Below, in pieces: positions 30,101 to 43,364 of a stretch of 64,000 nucleotides of DNA (position 1 is its first letter; each line of letters opens with the position of its first letter). Source of the stretch: Auanema rhodensis (taxonomy: Eukaryota > Animalia > Nematoda); NCBI GenBank assembly GCA_964057225.1, contig OZ059900.1, positions 6,510,001 through 6,574,000 of the forward strand, given 5' to 3'. The position numbers and the translations under genes were made by a program. The notes beneath the pieces are model-generated. The model was not told the DNA's origin and searched no databases. It worked only from the letters and a program-made list of their open reading frames with translations.

Positions 30101-32053
30101 CTGCGATAGATTTCTTTTTCATTGTTGACAATGGATGGTCTTTGAATAGATTTGAGACAAACGAAGCATGTGGCCCCCTTATGAGAAAGGAATGTTTGAT
30201 CATGTAGAATAGTTTGACGAAGATGAAGTTAGCAAGTAGTAAAAGGATGAAAACAGGGTGAAAAAAAAGAAAAGTGAGGAAATTGATAAATAGAGAGAAA
30301 ACGGAAATGAAAGAGTAAATATATAAAGCTACAGGGAGAAAAAGGATAATAAAATTAGCTTTCTAAAAATCTTTTTTGCGTATAACCCAATGGATTCCCG
30401 GTCAGTCAGGCCATAATTTTTAAAAAGCTCCTTCATTTATCTTCTAAGTAATAAATTCGCTAAGTGAGTATAATATGATTTTTCTTTATTTAATTCTGCT
30501 TGTCTACTTTGATTGCCGCACATGCTCAACTCATTTATTCTCTGAGGCGTTTTTAGTGTCCATAGATAATAAAGAAAAAAAGTTTAGACGATTTATGAGC
30601 CATCATTTGAGATGCTTTAATCATGATGCTGCTATTAGCAACCAGTTAAACTAAGTTGCCTTAATGAGTTCATGCTGTCAGCTGTTTATATGCTTTTGAT
30701 CTCTTTTGGGAGGAATTCACCACATCCGTGAATATAAAATTTTGTTGAATAACAAAGCGAAAAGTATGATGATGAAAGCTGAATCTGTACAGAATGAAGA
30801 TTAAGCGTTTGCTAGAAAAATCCATACATTTGAAATTTATGCTGTTCTCATATGAGATCTAGTCAATAGTATGGGTAGATTCTGTAGATAATTCTTGCTT
30901 CGAGAAATACGCAGAGATATCGTAAGTTCACACACTGCAATTGTTAGTCATGTACATATTCATGTGTTGAGAATCACGTTTTACTTCAACTTAGATATGC
31001 ATGAAATGAAAATAAAAAATGAATGCACAAGCATGAAAATCTTTATATGATATTTTTGAAAAATTTGAAATTTCAATAAGTACATGGCCTAGCATTGAAC
31101 AAAAATATTGGTATTCAACCTGTATGTTTTCTTAGTTGAAAAATTTTTTTCCATGTTCAAGTATGAATTAAAATTCTTTTAACAACAGAGATAAGAGCAT
31201 TGCAGCACTTTGCTGTTTTCTGATTTACAAATAACCTATGCAACGCTTTCGGATGTGTTGAAATACGTGCTCGTTTTGTTTTCCACCTTTCCGGGTGGCT
31301 GTTTAATAGATATTGAACAATTAGTTCAAAATCAACAATGAATGTTATTCGAATTTTAAAAATAGTATTTCTTAATTACGAATATTGACTTTTGTTTTTA
31401 CTATATGAAATGTTCTTTACGTGAAAATCTTGTCAGTTTTTTTTGCAAATACTTTCATATTCCGTGCAGGCAGTGATGTTTTTACCTCAACATCTTCTGT
31501 CTTCTTGAAGAACTCTTGAATATCTTGAACTCTCTTATATATTTCATCCTGTTTCACATGCAGACACTGATTCCTTTCTCAATACATTGTTCTGTCTCTT
31601 TCAATTTCCGTTGGCGCCTTCGTCGAGTCTCATGCACTTAATCCAAATCTCTTTCGATTCTGCCTCTTCATTGCTTCTACTCTTTTTCTGAGAGCAAGCA
31701 GAACGCGTTTCACGCATGTGAAAGACGAGCAAGACTAACAAGGGTGACATCGTCTTCTGACTGCTATTCGGTTTAACAGCTTGAAAGGCAACCAGATTCA
31801 CGTCTGGCCGTTCAGCCCTCCCATATTCCAGCTGTCTACTGGTTGGTCGTTTAGTCATTTTTGGTCGTTTTTCTTGGATTTCAACAAACCAAGAAAACCT
31901 ATTGGCTATCCCATCTTCTCAAACATCAACCCCCTCGTTTCTCAGCTCCTCCTTCTTTCACTACCAATTCACTTGATCCCAAGACCAAGCCTGAGCACTC
32001 ATCTTCTGTCGTGAAGAATATTTTTGTCAACTACCTAAGACAATCTAGTAAAC

Positions 32054-33882
32054 ATGATCCCAACTCCATCTACAACACTTCGTGTTGATTTCTCTATGTC
32101 GTCATTTTTCTCATCAGCAATTATGCCAATATTTAGCCGTACACCTGACGGTCATAAAGAACAACAGCTTCATAATCATCTTCTTCAACAACTTCAATTT
32201 CGTCATAAGTCCTACCAACCTCACCGTCTTCCACTAGGCCCAACTCGTCGAATGGAGCACTATGTGGATGCATATGGTGCAGATCCCTATGCGGATATGC
32301 CGATTCATATCAAGCCTGATTTAGCAGGAGTAAGTTTACTTGAGATTTTAATATTGTTGTTGTACTTTGGGTCTTGTGAAATATGTTAGTACATGCTAGT
32401 GTGTCAACTGCTTCATCCATCATCGATTGTGTGCGATAATTGTGGTTTGCACGATGTGATTTGTGACAAAATTTAAAAAATACCGTATTATAACATATTT
32501 CATGCATCATCTGCCAATCTGTGTCGTGATATGTGTATATAATATAAACAAACATTACGGTAATGTTAAATCATACTTCTGACTGGCATCTGAAAATTAC
32601 TAGGTTAAGCAAGCTATCAAGCATATGCCTGGAAAAGCTTTACATGATTTTATTTTTTTTTATATATTTTATAATATCATTTTTCGAGAAAAGACTAGAA
32701 TTACCAGAGAAGCCTCTAATCACAAAGGTTTTTTCGCGTGATGTTTCATTGTCTGGTTTTAAAAATTGTAAAGCATTTCAAAGCATTTTGCACACAATCC
32801 TTGTCATTTTTTTTGTAAATCAAATATAATACTATAGAATTAAATATATACTTCACTAGATATAATAAATATAGTTTAGATAGTATAATGTTAGTACACC
32901 TTTCCTATCGGCATGCTCTTCCAACCACAAATTATAACACTTCACCCCAAAACTATATCACCTTGTTATTTGAATCTCTATTATTTTATATGTACCGGCA
33001 TCTAATGTTTATAAATTTTCATGTGCCAACCTGGGCAATCTGGCTCTTCGCTCTATGTACGGTCATCATAGCTGCTGTTCTTCTTCTTGATTATTGCGTC
33101 ATTCGTCGTAACGCTCTAGGAAACACCTGCTGTGCACGTGCTCGCCAAAAACGTCCGGCTCCAACACATCAGAAGCGATCTACGAATATGTTGTTGAATG
33201 TATGAGTCATACTTCTTCTACTTCTTCTTCCACTTTTTCTATATCAAACTATAAGTATCTAATATGCTATACACCTATTCTATACCAACTTCTTCAACTA
33301 TCACTTCCTTTTCGTTTTTCCAATCTATTTTATTACATTTTCACCTATTTAAACAAGAGCAGTTTTAGTTATCATAAAATATATCATTAAGAAAATTGGC
33401 TTCATATCATTGTAATTATTCATTTTTAGCCAACTAGTTGCCAATTTTCTTCAATTTACTCTTTTAAAGACTGAATGCATAGTTTCTGTTCAAGTAAATC
33501 AATAACTGAATAGTTATTTCAAATTTTAAAGCATGAAAAGACATTATTTATACTATACTACAGTAATATCAACTTCAAAAAATAATTACTAATTTGAAAA
33601 ATTACATAATCATAAAGAATAATTAGAAAACATGCAATATTAGTCAAATCTAAAATGAACGATGTATGATTTAATTTTTACTTCATTTAAAAAAAAAGTC
33701 TTCTTCTGTTTTGAAATTAACAGAAAATGGAAAAGAAAACTAAGTCATATTACTATATTTCTGCTTCTTTTTTCTGTCTATCATCTAATAGCACGTTTGA
33801 CAGTAGTGTTTAGTTAAGCTTTTTTTCATTCCAGAAACTGAATCGGCAGCCGGTAACGGTCCACTCAGATGCAGACGTATAG
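32054..33882 (+). CDS. Putative small two-exon protein of unknown function
   Basis: Coding-like ORF 32054-32329 (...MEHYVDAYGADPYADMPIHIKPDLAG) ends at a perfect GTAAGT donor. The acceptor ttttttcattccag at 33834 gives in-frame KLNRQPVTVHSDADV* (33835-33882). Start codon uncertain, with several in-frame ATGs. Confidence 0.45.
32990..33205 (+). CDS. Putative small single-pass membrane protein (~66-71 aa)
   Basis: MYRHLMFINFHVPTWAIWLFALCTVIIAAVLLLDYCVIRRNALGNTCCARARQKRPAPTHQKRSTNMLLNV: one hydrophobic helix, then a Cys cluster and a basic tail. GC is elevated relative to the flanks. Confidence 0.55.
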   Translation: MYRHLMFINFHVPTWAIWLFALCTVIIAAVLLLDYCVIRRNALGNTCCARARQKRPAPTHQKRSTNMLLNV

Positions 33883-34922
33883 CGTGAATAGTTTTAGACA
33901 GCTTGTAGTAAAGTACTCTATTTCTTGATATCTGGCTGTTCTCCTCTTGTTTTTTCTAACTCTCTTCTTTTTAATAACATTCAGTCAATTAATATGCTTC
34001 ATGTTCTTCAACGAAACTAATTTTAGCAAGAATAAACTTAGTTAAAATGTCTTGTATCCCAATTTCCACTTCCCTTACCTAAAATGTTTTAAATTCAAAG
34101 TTTGCATCCATAGTTGAAATTCATGTCTGCAACAGTCCCGGCTGTTCTACAAATGCACTTATCTTAAAGAAATTTCGAACACAACTTATTTATTTGCATC
34201 AGAGTACACTTGACTTTAAAAACAAAATTTAAAGCAGAACAGCTACGGGACTGTCCAGACGATAACTTCTTGATGGTCGTATGAAATGAAATGGTTAACT
34301 CGATTTTTAATTTTTTTTTTGCTTTTACTAAAGCATCATGGTCATTTGAATTGAATTCATAACAACACCGCTATGTTACTATTTTTAACTATCATTCATT
34401 ATTGTATTATATATAAACTCTTTTTTTCTGCTTATTATCAAGCTGAAATTCACAAAAAAGTCTTTCTCCACCAAGTTTAGAAACAGGTGATGTAAAATAA
34501 AATACCGACACTCACCTTGAAATGATGTAGTGCAGAGCTTCTTTATTTTCTTTTCACTGCATCCATTTTCCGACTACCGAAAGGTAGAACTTTTTTCTGT
34601 TTTTATCTATTGTTTATCACTTATTCATTGTATTTTGTGGTTTGTTGAGTTAACCAAATAAATTAATATACATATATATTGTTAATTTCATTTATTGTTA
34701 TTTTACAAGCGGTAGATATTTGAATATGACATGATAAATTGTGCATTGTGTCATCACTGTTCGTGAACCAAATAATTTATTGTGTTACAAAGTACAGGCT
34801 TTGAGAATGATTGGTATACACGGTGCGAGGAAACGTTGTAACGACAGCGAAAGTTTTTATGAGAAAGGAAAATATACTTATTCTTCCTCCTTTCATGAGT
34901 GCAGTCAAGGAACCAGTTTTTT

Positions 34923-34924
<2 letters not shown>

Positions 34925-34978
<54 letters not shown>
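34925..34978. repeat. (GA)n microsatellite
   Basis: ~26 GA units with one interruption. Confidence 0.95.
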
Positions 34979-37042
34979 TTTTTCACATAAAAGGTGGAGC
35001 AGTTCGAATTGGAAATGCCCTTGGAGGGATAACAGATATTGTGAACAAAGAATGGGAAGATGTTCCAAAAATAGTGATTGTGATGCCGCGCTGAAGGCAA
35101 AGGCAGTTAGGAATTGGCTGCTTGTTAAGAACTTGAATACGAGAATTTATCGGATAGTTACGAAAATGCAAAAAGAGATGTAGAACATGAAGCTCGAGTT
35201 TTGCAAATGTGCTTTGAAATTGGGTAATTTGGTTGTGTTATGGATACAACCATGTTCTTGATTCTTTACAGCTATTTCTATGCTGATATTTTATACTCTC
35301 AGTTAAAATCTGGAAAATACAAGTACTAAATGTGTTGTTCTTGGTTTGCATACTTAGTCAGAAACTCTCTTTTTCATGAAGAATCAGAAATAGGCCAGTT
35401 CACTAAATTAAACAGGTGACTAAGGTTGTATTTTACACAATATTTCTTCATATTTTGCTATATATTATAGCTTTTATCACATTTCTTCTGATTAAATTTT
35501 TGCTTAGGATATTTTTTTCTCTAAAACAGGCTTATACAAAGTAAGGAACTTCTATCTCTATTGTAAGGGGCTTCTTTTGTATATTTTTTTCTATACTGCA
35601 ATAGTACACCGAAAACGTTGCATTTATAGTTTATATATTTTATTTTTACTCATTTGGGTGAGAAAATAAATGAAAATGTGACGGTTATAGATTGTGGGGA
35701 AAAAACCGCTCCTTTTGCCTCGAATTTGACCGTTCCTTCAAGGACGTACCTCATCGGATTCAAAAATGACTGTTTCTGAAGAAACAATTGTTAATCTAAG
35801 CAGGAAAATATGTTATGATGTAAGAAATTATAAAGAGAAGCGGCTCCTCAGAGACTCATTATACAGTATCTTTGTATTGAAATCATGTTATATTTTGAAT
35901 ATGTATGTCTCTTTATATCATGTGCGTCTGGTGGCAATTCTAGTTCTTGAACTTTAAATGATTCATGCAACGAAAAAACGATGATTAAAGGGCGCGTGGC
36001 ATATTGAAGATCAGTTTCTTTACTATAAGTTTTTTTTCGTTCTTGATTGTTTCAATCATTATTAACACAAAAAATGGTTTTGCGCTTTGTAAGTGCGATA
36101 AGCAAGATGTTATCATCAAAACTGAAACAACATAAACTAAAAGCAACACATTTGTTTTATGAAGATGAAGATATTGAGATTTTATTATTTTCGCGAAAAC
36201 CTACAAGAACCTTCTACATATGATTTGCAGGAGTCTATATACATTTAAAATTTCAAAATATGTTCATGTTGTTCAAAAAAACTATTGTATATAATCTCTT
36301 CACTGAATAAAACATTTTGACCCCTGAATATTATATTTATTCAGCTAAATGTCAGAAATAACAAGAACGTCTTATATTAGTAATCAAATCTATATTGAGA
36401 TAATAAGGAAACTAAAAGACAAGGCATTTCTAGTGAGGAAATGCTTTCATATTTTTATAGTGAGCTTCAGCATTTAACTATATTATAGCAAGAATGAATA
36501 CTACAAATGAGATACAAGTCTCACATTTGACTATAAACATATTTTTATAAAATTAATTCGATTAAAAGAGAATTTGTTAATGATAATATCGGTGCAGTTT
36601 TGTGACGAAATGAGGTTTTGGATAAGCAACAGTGACATCAAAAATTTCCAAATTGAGCTTAGTATCCTTAAAAGTTATCGTTCTAATAGTTTACTTCTAA
36701 AAGCTACAATAATAACAAAGTTATTTTGAATTCATTGTAGCCGGCAACAAAAAAAGGAAACTGACGTACACATCTGATTTTATCTACAAAAAAACATTGA
36801 AGTGGTCACAATGGCATATAGAAATTGTCCAGCTGCGTATCTCGTGTACATTATTCCATGCTATTAGAGTCTTTCTTATCCAATATATTTTTTTTGTGTG
36901 GCTAAGTATTGTTCAGCTTTGCGTTTCAAAGAATTTCAGAGAAAAAAATCAGAAAAAATTTTTTATGTGAAGCGCTATACGCAAAATAACGCCATTCAAT
37001 AATAACCTTTCGTTATGAAGAAAAAAAAAGCAAGGTTATGTT

Positions 37043-37137
37043 GCGTGGCGGGTCGAATCGCGCTCTACCGAGAAAATATTGACCCACTTTATGTGGCGTC
37101 ACTGCAAGAATACGCGCCATTCTAAAAAAATCGGCGT
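37043..37137. promoter_or_regulatory. CpG-rich promoter patch of the RING1-like gene (E2F-like GGCGGG/CGCGCCA, CGCGCTCTAC)
   Basis: CpG cluster 250-350 bp upstream of the ATG at 37390, in otherwise very AT-rich DNA. Confidence 0.35.
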
Positions 37138-37389
37138 AATGATGCTTATTTATGTTTTGAAAAACAGTGAGAAATACGATAATATTATTTCGTACTTTCT
37201 ATTTTGTAATCTATTTCGTATAAGCTAATATAGTGAAGTTTCTCTTTCTATATTCATACTTATTTTCGTATTTTATTCTTTTTTGCCTTATTGCTGAAAT
37301 TAATAATCGCATGTTTTAAGCATAATACTATTGATTTTGAAATTTATTGTAGGTATTTAATATTTCGTGTTATAATTATAGAACTTGTG

Positions 37390-40300
37390 ATGGAAAGAGA
37401 TGGTGGGATTTTGCCACCGTTACCCTTTACCAATGTGGACGTGACAGATGTTGATTTAAATGAATATGATCGGGTAATCAGCTTTTTTAAAGTTTTTTTC
37501 GTAATTTAAAAATTTGTTAAACATTATTTTGCTATCATCAAATTAGCCATATCAATGATGTCACATCAAAGATAACAGTTAACTATATAATTCTTTAATT
37601 CTTTGTTCATTTTATATCTGTATTTTTTATTCTCAGGTTCGGATCCCACATAAGGTTCGGCCCGAAATGTCCACAAATGCTATTGGACCTAGGACGTTTA
37701 CAACTGAACTGAGTTGTCCAATTTGTCTTGATTTACTTACGCAGACATGGACGGCAAAGGTACATTATTTATTTTATATTTTGGTTTTTTGCCGTTCACT
37801 GGTTCTCCGGGTTAGTCATTGTATGACTCATGTGCGGTAGCTAATGCTAGCATAGTGACCACCCATCATTACTCATGTTTGATTAGAGATTTGCCCTTTT
37901 TTGCCACATTGACCTTTTATATATGTAGGACTGTCTGCATCGCTTCTGTTCCGAATGCATTACAATGGCTCTTCAACGCGGTAATAAAGAGTGTCCAACA
38001 TGCAGAAAAAAATTAGTGTCTAAGAGATCTCTCCGTCCTGATCCAAAATTTGATCTACTCATACAAAGGGTTTGGTTTAAAGATTTTTGTTAAAATTAAT
38101 TATGTTATATCTCAGCTCTGGCCAAACCGCAAAATGTATGAACGGATGCAAGCTACCGAAGTAACGACGTTAACCAAACAATCCTCGAGCCAATCTTTGA
38201 TGAGGTCTATCAATGCTGGCATACGAAGTCAGGACACGATTAGAAGAAAACGTGTGCAATCGTTTTTCGAAGAAAGTACGTTAGCATTCTTCTTTGTCTC
38301 TTTTTTTCTAGTTTCATTTCTCAATTGATTAGCTTTAATATTTTTTTCAAGGATTCTCGCGCTTATTAATGGAAGGACCGGATCGTGAGTTGACTGTCTG
38401 AAAGCCTTGAATTTTTTTAATTTGCAGAGACTGTGCAAAACGATGAATTTGATGATTATTTACGTGCTGCTGCTGGAATGGATATCACTCTTTTTCGAGT
38501 TCGTACATCAAGTGGTAAAACGGGAGTGGAAATTTGTGCTAATTCAAATAATCGCAGATTCTGATAGTACTGATCCAGCTAACGGTGGTGGTGAAGCAGA
38601 AGAAGGAGAAATTGAGGAAGAAGACGATGTAAGAAATAATTTTAATAGTTTTTTTAAATGAATGTTTAGGATTCTACTGTTTCTTACCGAAATGATCGAG
38701 AAGCAAACGAAGATATGCAAGAATTTGAAGATGAAGATCCCTACGATTTTATTGACGAAGAAGCCTTTGATGGAGCTCCAGAACTTACAGTATATTGTTG
38801 GCTTGAATATTTAACATTTAATATACTGTTTAAAGGAAGAATTATGTGCTGATTTGGATGAAATGGAGGCTTTAGAAGAGGAGGATGATGAGGAACTAGA
38901 AGAGATTGATGAATATGCAGATGAGCCGATTACAATTGATGAAAAGGATTTCGAAAATGATAGTGAAAGTGAAATTCATGATAGCTACAACGAAGGAGAA
39001 AGTGGAGAAAGTGATGCTTCGGAGAGTACACTTAAAGCATCTGAACCCGATGACTCTTATCCTTCTTCATCAAAAGATAAAGGTTCGTCTTATAAAATGG
39101 TTAAAAGCGATGTTAACCACCCTTTTTTCCATTTCTCTTCTAAAGGGTGTGGAGAAGGTTAGTTCATTTAGTGAACGTAATAATCTCACGATCTGTTCAG
39201 ACACTACTGACGAAAGCTCTTCGGATGTGAAAAGCTCCTCGGATGTGAAAAGCTCTTCTTCCTCCAACCCATTTGCTCAACCCCCTTATGGCGTCAGTTT
39301 GAATTCCGGCAATTCTTCCTTGAACTCTGCTGATTCAAAGTTGAAGTTCAAATTCATGCAATCAGAAACAAAAACTAGTATTTCTCCTGATGAGGAAAGA
39401 AAAGATTCTACCAAATTTGATGGTTAGATTTGCGTAACTTTTGTTGTAATCTTTCTTTATCTGCTTCAGATGCTTCCACAGATTCTTTACATGGCGATAT
39501 AGATGAAGACATAGATTTAGACTCTCCTCCTCTTCAAGTTGTTGAGGAGGAAGATGAAAACAATGATCCAGGGCCGGGACCCTCTCGTGTCACCACTGAA
39601 GCCAGCGTTCCAACGTCGTTACAGCTGAGTATAAAAATAAATGAACGTTATGATGATAGTTCACCTGAATCTTTACCATCAACTCCACCGTATTGCCAAG
39701 ACGGTGCTCCCGAAGAAGTGGATATGGGTTCTCCAGACGATCCTAATAATTTGTCTCATCGAATGACAGAAGTTGATCCTTCCGATCTTGTACAAAATCC
39801 AAACGAAGAAGCTGCTTCTCAAAATGCAGACCTTGCTTATGTGGAAGACGATGAAAACGAGTTATCCGATGATGATTACAGTAAGTTATTTTGTTTGTTT
39901 CTTAATATTTTCATATTTTTCAGGTGATTCCTCTTCTTCAACGTACAGCTCATCGGGAGCTACAACATCGTTATCTAGTAGCTCAACAGATATTTCATTA
40001 TCATCTGATGATGCACAAGATGATCAAGAATATGAAGTACCAATAGTTAGTAAACCTTCTTCTTGTTTCTATTATTCAAATTATTTTTAAGGAAAATATT
40101 CAGCAATTGCCTCAGCCACTTCCTCAACAATTGTCAGATCAGCCACCCGAAGGAACTTTTTCTTTATCCTATCTCACTAAAGATCTTGCAGGAATGTCTG
40201 ACATCAAATCATTAGCTCCTATCACTCTGGTACAGTGTTTATTACTTTTCAAAAGTAAAACTTTTTTTAGAATGAAGGAGAAGTGGCGGAACCTGCTCAA

Positions 40301-41015
40301 CCACTCGATCGGCTTGCGCATTGGCTCGATAACTCTCCATCTTCTCCCGATGAATGTGAAGATTATGAATCTTTAGAAAGAACTGTAATTTTTGAAATGA
40401 ATCATATATCAAAGAATTGGGATATTACAGTCGTTCAAAGATGATGAGATGGACCAACCGGCTTTTTTTGAAGATATTGAAGCTGAAATTCTTCCCGCAG
40501 CTTCGTTGACTAGACGGGGCTGCCCTGAAGAATTACTTGCTCCACGATATATCAAAACCAAGCATGATACAACATGTAAGTTTCAAATGAAAAATATGTT
40601 TAATACAGCATTTTAGTGGATCATATTGGTGAATATTTGTACCAACGTACTGTCGAAGAGATTCAAGCAAATCAGACAGATTTTGATGCTGATCCACAGC
40701 CATTTGTCCCAAGACCAACTCACTTCTATGTATTTGTGAGTAAACTACCACATCAGTTGAAGATATAAAATATTGTTTTAGAATAGGGTTGGTGGTCATC
40801 ATGTGACCAAAATCTTTCCGCAAGAAAACATTGCAACTGCTGCTCTTGCTGGAACAAGAGAAGAACATTTGGTATGTTATCTATTAAGATTTTAGTAATT
40901 CATGAACTTCTTTCAGACCATTTTCTTTGATATTGCTGATATAGATCTGAAGGGGCCAGAAAGTTTGCTCCCTATCGTTGTACCCCAACAGTATTTGGAT
41001 CTAGACAGCGTTTAA
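37390..41015 (+). CDS. spat-3: RING1/RNF2-type PRC1 E3 ubiquitin ligase (SPAT-3-like): N-terminal RING, long acidic linker, C-terminal RAWUL-like domain
   Basis: Exons 37390-37473, 37637-37759, 37929-38069, 38116-38275 and onward give [63 protein letters not shown], the RING1/RNF2 signature. Many D/E/S-rich exons follow (38.5-40.4 kb), then [20 protein letters not shown] (RAWUL-like), with the stop at 41013-41015. Confidence 0.88.
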
Positions 41016-41691
41016 TCGCTTCATTCTAATCACTTGATACCCTAGCCACAATTCTTTTGCCTTTCTAGATAAACTTGAAATTGATTTTGAGAATCTTTCA
41101 TTTTTGTCATTATTGATATCACAACAGACGTTATCGAACTTTATATATTATGTAATGTTTTTTCTGGTTATCTGTATAATTTTATTATAATTTTGCCTTG
41201 TGCCTCTATATCTACTTTTGCTATTATATAGCACTGTTTGTTTCGTACCAAATCTTCAAAACATACCTCATTTATCAGTCAGTAACATTTGTTGTGTTTG
41301 TTATATTTTTTATTTCTTGAACTTTTCATCTCTTGTTTTCAATCAAAAAAATTTGATTTTGACCTCCTTTTTCCAAAAAGTGATGATCTTGCAATATGCA
41401 CTACGGTAGTGTCTCAAATTGTTGTTAGTCCATTATCTCCTTCTGTACCCCTTTTGATCTTGTACCTCAACAGTTCATATGATTAGTAATTGGCTAATCA
41501 ATTTTTATCTCAATTTCTCTAGTTTTGAAAACAGTTTGTTCATTCCAATTTTGTTCTCTCCTTATTCTTTCAGCCGCGAAACTTATGCTATTGCCTGAAC
41601 TAGTCTGAATACCCTTTCGTGCGTTACCCTGTTCAATGAATAAAATGGAATATTTCATATAACGTTTTCATTTTCATATGCAAAATTTTAT

Positions 41692-43364
41692 TTATTTGGT
41701 TGAGCCATTCTTCTCTGTACTTTCTGTTTTTTTACCTATTTTATATACTTTTATTCGATTGTCGTCATAGCATGCGATTGCCAATATATTTCCTCGTCCA
41801 TTTAAGTATTGTGCTCCATATATCATGCTATTAGGAAATACATCGGAATAGCGATGTTCCACCTGGATAAATCAAGAATTATGAATAGTTAAAGAATGAT
41901 TTAGAAAAAATAAAACCTGATAAGGAGCAGGCTTTCTTGTATGTAGTTTAAAAACGTTCAAATAGCCTCCCTCATCTGCTGCGAGAAAATAAGCCGATTC
42001 TGGTGCAGTATGTATGCAAGTAATAGGTCGTTTAAACATATCAACCTATAATATTTTTATTTCTTGCTATCAGAATCCCTATATTTTGTACCTGTGCCCG
42101 AATTTGACCTGTAGTTATATGGTAAAAAAACATAAGCCCGCTGACTGTTCCAACAATTGCATGTTTGCGTAAAATATCTACAACAGTTGGTGTTTCTCTG
42201 AAAAAAAACATTACTATTGTGATTTTTTTCTACTTTTTTTCACAATAGTTTTATTCGATTATGATAGCTTTTCATATTTTTCGCCCAAATTATCAGTTCG
42301 CAGTTTCCATCAATTGAAGCTGATATTTTATCATAGCGACAAGTCGCCATATCTAATATAGGTCCCGTATGCTCCTGAAGAAGCGATGGTTGATTATGAT
42401 AATAAAAAAAATATAGTTACATGTATGGGTTTTTTCACGGAAACACTTGTTTCCGAAGAGCAGTAGAATGGTAAAATTTGGCCGTGGTGGTTTCCAATAT
42501 ATATAGTAGTATCAACACATGTAATACCTCTATAAAATTGATACCAGTCACTTCTAGTTGATCCAAATTTGGATTCTTTCTGTAAAGAGATTTGCATGCT
42601 TGCTCATTTACTTATATGTGAGATACCACATCACTAGAAGCCAATTTTGGCATTTTGTCTCTTGGAAGTACAGCTACTACACTTAATTTGAAATTTCCAA
42701 TGAAAATCAGATCAAAGATTTGAATTCCATTAGTTGTAGTAGCAACTAAATATGGCCAGATACGTGTAGAAGGGCGTACAATTCCAATCTAAATATTGGT
42801 TACGTTTAATTTTGTTTCATTCAGTTTGTTGTGCTTATCAAGGGCGTGCGAATTTTGGAGTAGAATAGCTAATATATGCCTGAGATATTTCTCACGTGAT
42901 TGGTGCATGCTTGTGTGTATAAGATACCACTCTAATGAATGGATAAAGCCAATATTTATAGTAATTATAACTATATTGAAGCATATAGAGTATCAATTTG
43001 AGTCCAGACTTGAAATTGTGTATAGAATTCAATAAGGATTAATGCTCATTAGCTGAGATTATGAAAGGACCATGCTCATAAATGTTTGAGAACGTTTGTA
43101 TACCTGCGTTATGCGAGCAGTCTCATCTTCAGGATCTACCATTATAGTTTCCATTGCTAATGTTAACAGACTACAATCTGTTACGAAAACATGAATCTAA
43201 AGTAGAACAGCATTATAATTTGGACGAGAATTCACCTTATCTTGGACTGCAACAGCGATGAATGTATTATCTTTGAAATCCAAATGAAAAGATGCCAAGT
43301 TCTTATTGATGGGAGAAGGACTGCCAAAGTCCCAGATTGTTAAATCAGCACCTTTTTCATACAT
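41692..43364 (-). CDS. WDR54: WD40-repeat protein, WDR54-like (8 exons)
   Basis: Spliced translation MYEKGADLTIWDFGSPSPINKNLA...FYRGITCVDTTIYIGNHHGQI...EHTGPILDMATC...RPITCIHTAPESAYFLAADEGGYLNVFKL...VEHRYSDVFPNSMIYGAQYLNGRGNILAIACYD resembles WDR54, especially at the C-terminus. All introns are GT-AG. Confidence 0.75.

Noticed and set aside
15300-31450. Numerous 60-100 aa F/L/I/S-rich ORFs in the ORF track
   Set aside because: Their composition reflects T-rich non-coding DNA. Many start at non-ATG codons and none has a recognisable domain or a consistent splice structure.
33835-33887. Alternative frame reading GPLR, like an FLP neuropeptide
   Set aside because: It lacks the RF-G amidation signal and dibasic flanks, and it is out of phase with the upstream donor.
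34741-35171. ORFs with ER/LS dipeptide runs
   Set aside because: Produced by the (GA)n microsatellite.
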